64,000 bases of DNA, taken from assembly GCA_965204345.1 (NCBI GenBank), contig OZ241981.1:1600001-1664000 (forward strand), in the 5' to 3' direction. The stretch is from Nitrosopumilus sp. (lineage in GTDB: Archaea; Thermoproteota; Nitrososphaeria; Nitrososphaerales; Nitrosopumilaceae). Every line of letters starts with the position of its first letter. Positions within the stretch are counted from its first letter, which is position 1. The notes below the pieces were generated by a model. That model was given only the letters and a program-made list of their open reading frames with translations, did no database searches and was not told the DNA's origin. Position numbers and translations under genes: made by a program. Positions 30,425-38,922 of this stretch are shown piece by piece.

Positions 30425-30585
30425 TTTTAGATTTGAAAATGCCTAAATATGGTGTAATAAGTTTGGAATTGTAGAAAAATTGCCTAATCTTTTATCATTC
30501 TCATTTAACAGGTACACAAAAAATGACGGCTTGTACATGCAGGCAAGCAGGAAAAAATAAGGAGAACAAAATTAGGTGATGTAAC

Positions 30586-30819
30586 ATGGCTGATGAAATC
30601 TCCACCCTCATGAACAACAAAAAAGACAAGGTCGTCTTGCTCCGATTAAGAAACACCAAAACTATTCAGGGGATTCTCAAGGATTTTGATATCCACATGA
30701 ACCTTACGCTGGATAATGCTGAAGATATCTCTGATGAAAAACATGAAAAGCTTGGAAAAATCCTGCTGCGTGGAGATAACATCCTGGCAGTTTCCCTACC
30801 TGATGAGGAAGAAACTTAG
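30586..30819 (+). CDS. Sm-like archaeal protein (Lsm/SmAP)
   Basis: G.LKDFDIHMNLTL (Sm1) and LLRGDNI (Sm2). Confidence 0.93.
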   Translation: MADEISTLMNNKKDKVVLLRLRNTKTIQGILKDFDIHMNLTLDNAEDISDEKHEKLGKILLRGDNILAVSLPDEEET

Positions 30820-30850
30820 AAACCTGCTCATTAAACATTAAATCCAATAT

Positions 30851-32047
30851 GTGCCAACATTCTTTGTGGACTTTCTTTTGATATTCCTGTCTCTGATACT
30901 TCTTCCGGCATTTGGGGAATCCATTCCTGACTATAATAATCCGTACTCTCCAATCTTTACTGACAAATCTGTTTATTCGTGGACTGATAAGATCCAAATC
31001 CAAATCGTCTCTCCTAGTTGGAATTCTAACAGAAACCTGATTGATTCTATCGGAGGCACCGACGATCATGCAATAAGGATTGCCACGTCTGAGCATTCCC
31101 TGGTTCCATATCGGTTTACCGAAACAGGTACCAATTCCGGAATCTTTACTGCAGAGGTAATCCTTACCGGGTTTGAACATGATGCCGATGGCGACGGTGA
31201 TATTGACACCATTCCCAAGACCGGCGGTACCGGTCCTACCAATGGCTTTTTGCAAGTTGACAGGGACTCGGCCATCACCATATCGTTTGAGTTTGCAGAC
31301 GGCGTAGTCCTAACAGAATCTGTAGATGTCAGATGGAATCTTGCCACAATTGAGTTTCAGGAGGAGGTCCTGTTCTCAGATGATACTATACCTGTTCGTA
31401 TTGTGGATGCAGACATGAACCTGAATCCCGAATCCCTTGACAGTGTCTCTGCATACATTACTTCTGATTCTGATCTTGCGGGAATTGAAATTAATGCCAT
31501 TGAGACATCTGAAAGTTCTGGCATCTTTGTTGCCACATTTTCTATGTCACAAGCTTTGCCTTCTAGTGGAAACAGGCTCTATGCACTGCTTGGAGACAAG
31601 GTAATTGCCAAATACAATGATCATACCCTGCCCGAACCGTTTTCAGAGTCTGATAACCTGGGGATTGAAACCTTTGCCAATTTAGGCTCATCCACTCCCC
31701 CACTTGAAAGGCTTGAAAATTCCAATATTCGCTTCTCAGACAGTTCTGGCAACCGCCTGACCTCGTTTTCACCAAATGTATCCGTACAAATAGTTGGAAC
31801 CATAAAAAACCCCCATGACATTGGGCAAAAGTTTGTTTATCTGTTTCAAGTAAAGGATTCTGATGACTATGTTGAATCCCTTTCTTGGATACAAAGCGAG
31901 TTATCCCGCCAACAGTCTCTTGATGTCTCTCGATCTTGGATGCCTGAAAAATCCGGCGTATACAAAATTGAAACCTTTGTTTGGAACTCCTTTGCTGATC
32001 CAACCGTATTGTCCCCCTCAATGTCTGCAACGATAACCGTTGAATGA
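30851..32047 (+). CDS. Secreted S-layer-like protein
   Basis: Signal peptide; ETGTNSGIFTA, DADMNLNP, ETSESSGIF; C-terminal W.PEKSG.Y.IETFVW Ig domain. Confidence 0.75.
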   Translation: MPTFFVDFLLIFLSLILLPAFGESIPDYNNPYSPIFTDKSVYSWTDKIQIQIVSPSWNSNRNLIDSIGGTDDHAIRIATSEHSLVPYRFTETGTNSGIFTAEVILTGFEHDADGDGDIDTIPKTGGTGPTNGFLQVDRDSAITISFEFADGVVLTESVDVRWNLATIEFQEEVLFSDDTIPVRIVDADMNLNPESLDSVSAYITSDSDLAGIEINAIETSESSGIFVATFSMSQALPSSGNRLYALLGDKVIAKYNDHTLPEPFSESDNLGIETFANLGSSTPPLERLENSNIRFSDSSGNRLTSFSPNVSVQIVGTIKNPHDIGQKFVYLFQVKDSDDYVESLSWIQSELSRQQSLDVSRSWMPEKSGVYKIETFVWNSFADPTVLSPSMSATITVE

Positions 32048-32317
32048 GAGAGAGGCATAATTTCTGTGTGATTACTAGTACAAAACCACATTCTTGTTTG
32101 TGTGCTGTATCTTTGGAATGTCTTGGCGCCAGCATTGCTGTCTCCAGTGTTGTTTATGGATATTTTTGCAGATTCTTTTGATACTTCTTTTGATGATGAT
32201 GCATACCATGCCTTTGCAATTCTGGGTCTCTTGTCTGGCTTTCCAAGCTGGTCTTACCCACAGTTTTTTCAATAAACCTATAAAGCCCTCTAATGACGAT
32301 CGTCATAAGGAAAACAC

Positions 32318-32638
32318 ATGAGTAAAATACTTGAAAAATCTTTAAGGGATGCTTGTAAGGAAGACAGGCTGACAATGGGATCCAAACAGGTCTTAAGCTC
32401 TGTAAAAAATTCCAAGCTAATTGTATTGTCTCAATCAGTTAAGAAAGAAGTGTTTGAGCAAATTGAATCTGATGCAAAAAAGGAAAAAATACCATTAGTA
32501 AACTTTCAAGGAACATCAGTCGCATTAGGCAGGCTATGCGGCTTACAATTTAGAATTTCAACAATTTCGTTTACATCAATCGACGATGCAAGCATCAAGT
32601 CAATCTTAAAGGACACAGAAGATGAGGAAAGAAAATGA
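32318..32638 (+). CDS. rpl30e: Ribosomal protein L30e
   Basis: L7Ae/L30e fold (GSKQV, LGRLCG.FRIS), position before nusA. Confidence 0.88.
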   Translation: MSKILEKSLRDACKEDRLTMGSKQVLSSVKNSKLIVLSQSVKKEVFEQIESDAKKEKIPLVNFQGTSVALGRLCGLQFRISTISFTSIDDASIKSILKDTEDEERK

Positions 32639-32705
32639 CTGATTACAACCTGTTTGCTGAAAGTTTAAATGAGATACTTTTGTTTGGAGATAAATAGAAA
32701 TTCTA

Positions 32706-33170
32706 ATGACACAATCAATTAAACTGACAACTGATCAAATGCGGATGATGTCCTTGTTTCAAAATGTTACCGGGGCAACCGCACGTGACTGCGTGGAAGA
32801 CGAGAAGCAAAACAGGGTGATCTTTGTAGTTAATACCGGCAAGATGGGCCTTGCAATTGGCAAGGGCGGAATTCACATAAAGTCCCTGCAAAATATTGTA
32901 AAGCGAAATGTTGAGTTGGTTGAGTATGATGAGAATCCTGCAAAATTTTTATCCAATCTGCTTAACTCGAAACTAGTTTCTGAAGTAAAAATAAATACGC
33001 GAACTGACGGTTCAAAGCAGGCAATAGTTATGGTAGACCCAAGAAAGAAAGGCATTGTTGTAGGCAGGGAGGGCAGAAATGCCGAAAAGGCAAGGATGCT
33101 TGCAAAACGATATTTTGATATTAGCAGTGTATTGATTAACAGTCCTGAACGCGCAACCTTGGAGATGTAG
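32706..33170 (+). CDS. nusA: Archaeal NusA
   Basis: Two KH motifs (AIGKGG, VVGREGRN). Confidence 0.93.
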   Translation: MTQSIKLTTDQMRMMSLFQNVTGATARDCVEDEKQNRVIFVVNTGKMGLAIGKGGIHIKSLQNIVKRNVELVEYDENPAKFLSNLLNSKLVSEVKINTRTDGSKQAIVMVDPRKKGIVVGREGRNAEKARMLAKRYFDISSVLINSPERATLEM

Positions 33171-33173
33171 TGT

Positions 33174-33611
33174 ATGAGAAAATCACCCCTTGGATTGTTT
33201 GCCGGCAGAGTCCTGACAAACAAAAAGAAAAAACAGAGATGGGCCATTTCCACCTTCAAAAGAAGAAAACTGGGCATTGACAAGAAATCAGATCCCCTCG
33301 CAGGCGCTCCCCAAGCTAGGGGCATCGTATTGGAGAAGGTCGGCGTTGCAGCAAAACAGCCAAACTCTGCAATCAGAAAGTGTGTCAGGGTTCAGCTGAT
33401 TAAAAACGGAAAGACAGTGACTGCGTTTTTGCCACGGGATGGCGCAATGAACTTTATTGACGAGCACGATGAGGTCCACATTCAGGGCATGGGTGCTACC
33501 CAGGGCGGCGCAATGGGGGATATTCCAGGTGTCAGATTCAAAGTCTTCAAGGTTAACGGAACCGCATTACACGAACTAGTAATTGGAAAGAAGGAGAAGC
33601 CAAGGAGATAG
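33174..33611 (+). CDS. rps12: Ribosomal protein S12
   Basis: [26 protein letters not shown]. Confidence 0.97.
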   Translation: MRKSPLGLFAGRVLTNKKKKQRWAISTFKRRKLGIDKKSDPLAGAPQARGIVLEKVGVAAKQPNSAIRKCVRVQLIKNGKTVTAFLPRDGAMNFIDEHDEVHIQGMGATQGGAMGDIPGVRFKVFKVNGTALHELVIGKKEKPRR

Positions 33612-33615
33612 AGAT

Positions 33616-34215
33616 ATGGCAGAGACAAAAAACTTGCTATTGTTTAGAAAGTGGGACTTGTCTGCCATTGAAGTAAGGGATCCTGGACTAAAGACTGCCA
33701 TCTCGCTGAGAAAACAAATCTTGCCTTACACATATGGCCGCTCTGCACTAAAGAGGTTCAACAAGGCCGATGTCAACATTGTTGAGAGGCTGATTAACAA
33801 GACCATGCACTTTGGAAAAAAATATGCAAAGAATACCGGCAGAATGACCGGCAAGAAGACAAAGCTTCTCAATACCGTAAAAACATCCTTTGATATTATT
33901 GCACTAAAGACTGGACAAAACCCGGTTGAAGTATTGGTTAGAGCCGTGGAATTCTCAGCTCCCAATGAGGATACCACCAGAATCGTGTATGGCGGAACAG
34001 TCTACCACGTCTCAGTGGATGTAGCTCCAATTAGGCGGGTTGATCTGGCCCTCAAATTCATTGCAGATGCCATAAAAGAGGCTACCTTCTCAAACCCAAA
34101 GCCCATTGAAGAGCACATGGCCGAACAGCTCATGCTTGCAGCATCAAATGATCCCAATGCCCCCTCTGTAAAGAAAAAGAACGAGCTGGAACGCATAGCA
34201 CAGGCATCAAGATAG
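33616..34215 (+). CDS. rps7: Ribosomal protein S7
   Basis: NIVERLIN, NPVEVLVRA, VDVAPIRRVD, ELERIAQASR. Confidence 0.96.
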   Translation: MAETKNLLLFRKWDLSAIEVRDPGLKTAISLRKQILPYTYGRSALKRFNKADVNIVERLINKTMHFGKKYAKNTGRMTGKKTKLLNTVKTSFDIIALKTGQNPVEVLVRAVEFSAPNEDTTRIVYGGTVYHVSVDVAPIRRVDLALKFIADAIKEATFSNPKPIEEHMAEQLMLAASNDPNAPSVKKKNELERIAQASR

Positions 34216-34244
34216 CCTGTATATCTTTGAGTATTTTTTATCAG

Positions 34245-34332
34245 TAGCCCGAGGCAGATTCGAACTGCCGTCTCCGCCTATCCACTCTTGAGATCCAGAG
34301 GGCAGAATCCTTGACCACTAGACTATCGGGCT
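34245..34332 (-). tRNA. tRNA-Gln(CTG) with 15-nt canonical intron (34280-34294)
   Basis: Minus strand: AGCCCGA/TCGGGCT acceptor stem, CTGCC-CT-CTG-G[intron]A-GGCGG anticodon arm, GGCAG-TTCGAAT-CTGCC T arm. Confidence 0.92.
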
Positions 34333-34385
34333 ACCTGAGGGAATTTTGATGTTTTAGAATATATTCATTTGTTGTGCTTTAGCAG

Positions 34386-34721
34386 TTATTTTAGCCTGAC
34401 CTCGTGGATTGCAGTTGCATAGCTGCAGTCAGCCCCTAGTCTCATGTATGGAACCAGTCTAAAGTGAATCGAGTAGATGTTGCCTTCCTTTCGCAAGATG
34501 CCCTTTTGCACAAGCGATACAAGTCCCCTTGAGGGAACCGAAATTGTTACGTCCTTCTCCCTGCAGATTTTTTCCCGCTTTTTTTGAAACTGCTTTAGTG
34601 AGAATGCCACATCGTTGATTTCCAAAACCAGGGGCCAGATTATCTGGCCCCATACGAATCTTCTGTTTTCTGTAGCTGATGCATATTTTCCTTTTTCACT
34701 CAACATTAATAACATCTGCAA
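34386..34721 (-). CDS. Hypothetical protein, possibly winged-helix
   Basis: SRGLVSLVQKGILRKEGNIYSI resembles a wHTH recognition helix and wing. Confidence 0.6.
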   Translation of the reverse strand: MQMLLMLSEKGKYASATENRRFVWGQIIWPLVLEINDVAFSLKQFQKKREKICREKDVTISVPSRGLVSLVQKGILRKEGNIYSIHFRLVPYMRLGADCSYATAIHEVRLK

Positions 34722-34740
34722 AAGAAGTTATAACTTAATA

Positions 34741-35445
34741 GTGTCTCAAAACGAAATTGAAGAATCTCTGAATTTGCTACAAAAAGACTGGGATGTTGAT
34801 CCCATCTTGAGAAAGTTTATGCTAGGACAAATTACAGACGTCTCTGACTGTCCCATCAAAGTCAGGGATGTTGTTTTTCACGTGCCTTACCTGAATTCTG
34901 AAAAAAAGTATATCCTGTGGAAGTGCCATTGGCCTGACTGTCATAACTGCTGCGACAGGCAGGGCAGGCTGCCGCTGACCTCTGATGACCTGATTACCAT
35001 CGGAGAAGGCCTGAAGTACAAAAAGCCATCTGATTTTATCAAAAATGAGACGCTTACTGCAACGTATCAGGAACCTGGTCCCTCCGGACAAATGACAACC
35101 ATGACCACCATTAATCTAAAACGAAAAGCCGATGAAACAGAATCCGATGACGGGACACATATCTCTTGCAGGTTTTTGGATGGCGAGGGCGGATGCAGCA
35201 TGCATCCTGACAGGCCCGGTGTCTGCTATCTTTATCCATTTTCAAGCTGGCTTGAAAATGAGCAGGGTAAAGCACGCGTACATTCAACCTACCAGTTTAC
35301 CGGAGACTGTCCCGGATTCTACCTTGCAGAAAGCCTAGATCCAATGAGGGATGAGTTCAAGGAATACTCAAAGACAATTTATGACTATAACATGGCCTCA
35401 AATAGGACAAACCGGGAGGGGCTTGGGTCTGTAAGTTTTAGCTAG
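34741..35445 (+). CDS. YkgJ-family cysteine-cluster (Fe-S/Zn) protein
   Basis: CHWPDCHNCC, CRFL....CSMHPDRPGVCYLYPF, CPG; GTG start at 34741. Confidence 0.85.
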   Translation: MSQNEIEESLNLLQKDWDVDPILRKFMLGQITDVSDCPIKVRDVVFHVPYLNSEKKYILWKCHWPDCHNCCDRQGRLPLTSDDLITIGEGLKYKKPSDFIKNETLTATYQEPGPSGQMTTMTTINLKRKADETESDDGTHISCRFLDGEGGCSMHPDRPGVCYLYPFSSWLENEQGKARVHSTYQFTGDCPGFYLAESLDPMRDEFKEYSKTIYDYNMASNRTNREGLGSVSFS

Positions 35446-36476
35446 GCCTTTGCTACCTTTATCAAATCCGCTATCTTGATATTCATTCCAAACCTGTCCT
35501 CGTGTTTTTTCATATAGCGGAATATTGCCAAAAAATCCGGCAGTGCCTTGATAAAGCTAAAGTCCTTGTGAATTTTGGCCCTGACAAATTTGAACACCTT
35601 GGCATAGACCTTGTAATGCTCCTCTACTGCCTTTTCATAGGCCTTAAAGTCGTTTATGTTCTCTAGGAATATCTCAACGCACTGCATTGATGGGATGATT
35701 CCCTCCCCCAGCAGCGCATATACTGTTCCGATTGATTCTCCCACTCCTACCACCTTTCCGGAATAGTACGGCTTGCACTTGTCCGGGGTTGCCAGCCTTA
35801 TTGGGCGTCCTTTGGTTGCAACTATCTTTCCGCCATGCTTTTCCAGGAATGCGTCTGTTGCCTTTATGTGGTTTTTGTTGTAATCTCCTGCCCCAATGTG
35901 TGCATGTTTTTCCCCCAATGGGAAATACCAAAAATATCCCGACATTCCCGGGAATGGCTCTATGTAAAAGTCATCATATGGTACCCCGTCCTCATATTCT
36001 ACCTTGTATTCGTATGTTGGCAAAAAAAAGTCCTCTTTTAGTTTTGGAAGGTATACCCTGTGAAAACCTGTACAGTCAACTATCAGGTCATATTCTTTTT
36101 CCAGTTCTTCGAGCTTTGGCGCTTTGCCATAAATTATCCTGGAATCTTTGATGAAATCCTTAATCAGGCCCAGCTTGTCGTATGTGCACAGTCCCTTTAA
36201 TCCAATGTCAAATTTTACGCCGTTATTCATCTTGACGTGCATATTTTTTCCGTCATGTATAAGAAAATCATCAAAGTCTCTTCCGGTTTTCTTGCAAAAC
36301 TCATCTAAAACCGGCTTTATTGTTCCCCATGCACAAATCGAGTCGTGCCTTTCCTCTACCATCCTTTCGTAACCTACAACCTGGTGCTCTGAGTCCTTTA
36401 GCCTGGCCATAAGATAAGAGCCTGCCACACCCATGCCCATTACTGCAATCTTCAAGACATTCTGCGGTTTGCCCAT
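35442..36476 (-). CDS. FAD-dependent oxidoreductase, geranylgeranyl-reductase family
   Basis: GMGVAGS dinucleotide motif, GYFWYFP, VGESIGTVYALLGEGI; start approximate. Confidence 0.8.
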   Translation of the reverse strand: MGKPQNVLKIAVMGMGVAGSYLMARLKDSEHQVVGYERMVEERHDSICAWGTIKPVLDEFCKKTGRDFDDFLIHDGKNMHVKMNNGVKFDIGLKGLCTYDKLGLIKDFIKDSRIIYGKAPKLEELEKEYDLIVDCTGFHRVYLPKLKEDFFLPTYEYKVEYEDGVPYDDFYIEPFPGMSGYFWYFPLGEKHAHIGAGDYNKNHIKATDAFLEKHGGKIVATKGRPIRLATPDKCKPYYSGKVVGVGESIGTVYALLGEGIIPSMQCVEIFLENINDFKAYEKAVEEHYKVYAKVFKFVRAKIHKDFSFIKALPDFLAIFRYMKKHEDRFGMNIKIADLIKVAKA

Positions 36477-36619
36477 GCCTAATAAATACACTATCTGAGG
36501 TTTGTGAAGTTTTTTGGTTTTCAAAGTATGAAAAGGCAGTGTCTGGCAAAGAAGATTGTGATGTTGCAGTCTTCGATTCCAAATTATACGTTTAAGTTTA
36601 CAATTCTCTGATAATCTCT

Positions 36620-36805
36620 ATGGGATTTCTAGATAGGTTTGTTGGAAACAATGTTGGAAATGTTCCAATCAAGGTACAGTGTACCGGATGTCAAAGGATA
36701 ACCGTTGTTAAGATTCCCTCTGCGAAGACATTTGAGAAATGGAATGAAAAGGCAACATGCAGCCAGTGTGGTGCTGCTAAATGCTGGGTACAAGTTAAAT
36801 CCTAG
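36620..36805 (+). CDS. Small Zn-ribbon protein
   Basis: CTGC...CSQC in 61 aa. Confidence 0.6.
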   Translation: MGFLDRFVGNNVGNVPIKVQCTGCQRITVVKIPSAKTFEKWNEKATCSQCGAAKCWVQVKS

Positions 36806-36926
36806 TCTCAGAAAAACGGATCTGGCAAATTCCGGTGATTGGTTTGCCAAAATTTACAAAACTCTGCCAATTATTAAAACGCAATTATGCTCCAATTTAT
36901 TAAATAACTCAAATGTTAGATTCATA

Positions 36927-37446
36927 ATGACGCCAAAAAATGCAAAGACAATTCTGTTTGCATCCTTGATTGCCGCAATGATTCTGCCATTTAGTGGGGG
37001 GCATGCAATCTGCAAAAGCAATAACAAATGAGGATGTAGAACTTGAAGAAAAATGCCTAGCAGAAAGACAGGCCAAACTTGATGAAGGTTACAAACTCTA
37101 TCCTGGAGTGGGTTGGGTTAAAAATGAAAGTATTGAAGAACCCATCTACACAAACCATCCAGATACGGGTGAAAAAATCATTGATCTTGAGGCAACTATG
37201 AAAGATAGAAAAGATGGGAATGTTGAACTTGATGGTTGTGTTTGGCCTGATACGTCAGGTTGGAATATTGCTGACTCAAAACATGAACCATCAAAAACAG
37301 TGTCTTATGCTGCACCTGATTGGCAAGTTCCAACAGAACCAGTTGAGAATGAAGGTGCCACTTTTTACTTTAATGTCTTTGAATCCTTTGGTGGCGTTAT
37401 CCTTCAACCTGTACTACAATATGACTATGGTAATGGGTTCTGGTAA
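36927..37446 (+). pseudogene. Frameshifted and probably truncated secreted protein
   Basis: Signal peptide MTPKNAKTILFASLIAAMILPFSG is out of frame with MQSAKA... across a G6 run (36996-37001); ends just after GVILQPVLQY. Confidence 0.7.
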
Positions 37447-37771
37447 ATTCCGGCGTTTCATATCATAACTTACAGTCTAGTAGTCTGAATTGCGCTTTGA
37501 GATTTTTTGACGATTGGAACTTTTTGGCAATTTTTTTTAAGAAAATCATCTCTTGGCAATTTACTGGTAAATTCCTGCAGTCAGATCATCAAAATTTACC
37601 AAATCCTGAGACCTGATACAACATGATGCCGTCCATGAAAAAAAACTCTTTTAACATTTGTATCTTGTCATTGCTTGTGCTGTTGCCTGCAAGCCTCTTG
37701 CCTCTGTTCCCATCTATTTTTCTGGGAATTATTGGAGATATTAGTCCGTCTTGCTTTATTGACTATGCATG

Positions 37772-38548
37772 CTATGCAATGTAACCCCTGTCATTTCTTA
37801 TGCCTGTCCCCGACTTGATTTTTGACATCTCTACCTGTCGTTTATTTTTTCTCAGAACCAGTTCCCATTGGGACCACTGTCCCGTCTTTGGAGGAACTCT
37901 CTTTTGTGCATCCTCGCATGCCGGCAAGACATGATCAAATTCTTTGCATAATTTATCTAATTCTTTTTGCGAGTAAAAATGGATGTCAAGATTCTTTTTT
38001 GGACCTTCAGCATAGCATACAGTCATGCCGCCATCTGTGTTTGTCTCTTTTACAACGTGTTTGAGATAAATGTCCGTGGATACAGAGTTTGTCCGCAAAA
38101 ACAGCAGGCCCCCGGTCTTTAGGAGCGCGGATGACTTTTGAAAATACTCTCTTGTCTGTCTTTCTGTCCCGTGCTGGAATACCTGGATTGATATGATATA
38201 GTCAAATGTCTCCTCTGAATCATAGTCTGCAAAGTCAACGCATTGCAGCTTGTCTGCAAAGTCCGGTCTTTTTTCCAGCAGCTGTCCTATTGCAACCTGC
38301 GATATGTCAATTCCCAAAATACCCAGTCCCGAATCTGCCAGTGGGATGTAGTTTCTGCCGTTGCCGCATCCAATGTACAGGCCGATACCTTTTGAGATGC
38401 CTTGGGTTTTTTGAAGGGTTTTGATAATTTTGTTGACAAACTTTATTGGCGGATCATTTTGGTATCTTTTGCCCTTTTTGTATTCCCTGTCCCATTGCTG
38501 AGATACCTGAGTGTTTTCTTCTTTTTCCAGTTTATGGTTTGCAGGCAT
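37772..38548 (-). CDS. Class I SAM-dependent methyltransferase
   Basis: YIGCGNGRN motif I, GIDIS, FDYIISIQVFQH, LLKTGGLLF. Confidence 0.88.
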   Translation of the reverse strand: MPANHKLEKEENTQVSQQWDREYKKGKRYQNDPPIKFVNKIIKTLQKTQGISKGIGLYIGCGNGRNYIPLADSGLGILGIDISQVAIGQLLEKRPDFADKLQCVDFADYDSEETFDYIISIQVFQHGTERQTREYFQKSSALLKTGGLLFLRTNSVSTDIYLKHVVKETNTDGGMTVCYAEGPKKNLDIHFYSQKELDKLCKEFDHVLPACEDAQKRVPPKTGQWSQWELVLRKNKRQVEMSKIKSGTGIRNDRGYIA

Positions 38549-38550
38549 GG

Positions 38551-38715
38551 TTATTCCCATATCACGGTGCCAATGACCTGGTTGTCTGACAGTGTTGTTC
38601 TGGAGTGGTGCTGCTCATGTCTCTCCTTTTGTATAGTCCATAACGGATCACTCTCGTCAAATGACTGCCCACAGAGGCTGCATGTCCTTATTTTGACCTT
38701 GAAAAGCCCGTCCAA
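38551..38715 (-). CDS. 54-aa C2H2-type Zn-finger microprotein (absent from ORF track)
   Basis: TTG start; (M)DGLFKVKIRTCSLCGQSFDESDPLWTIQKERHEQHHSRTTLSDNQVIGTVIWE*; stop 2 bp before the methyltransferase ATG. Confidence 0.55.
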   Translation of the reverse strand: MDGLFKVKIRTCSLCGQSFDESDPLWTIQKERHEQHHSRTTLSDNQVIGTVIWE

Positions 38716-38922
38716 ACTGATCTCAGTATGACTTTGAGCTACTGCATATTATATTTTTGATATTCTCGGCATTGACATAGGGTTCTGGTAATTCCGGTGA
38801 TCAGATAATCAGAATCTGCCAAGCCCCAAAAAATTACCACGGATCTTTTGATCTTTGTACATTAGCTTGATTTGGGTATTGCTTTTCAGTTTATGCCCTA
38901 ATCCCAAAAGGCGTTTTTCCTT

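Larger units (their letters stand above)
24547..30541. mobile_element. Putative genomic island integrated in the 3' end of rpoA (direct repeat TGTACATGCA at 24547-24556 and 30532-30541)
   Basis: Right copy continues as an alternative rpoA end LYMQASRKK* directly before lsm; cargo is AT-rich and accessory; no integrase seen. Confidence 0.7.

Noticed and set aside
32048-32317. Several overlapping short ORFs between the S-layer-like gene and rpl30e
   Set aside because: No frame has both a convincing start and a recognisable motif
34245-34332. tRNA-Gln as an integration site
   Set aside because: No duplicated tRNA 3' fragment or integrase seen in the window; the intron is at the canonical 37/38 position
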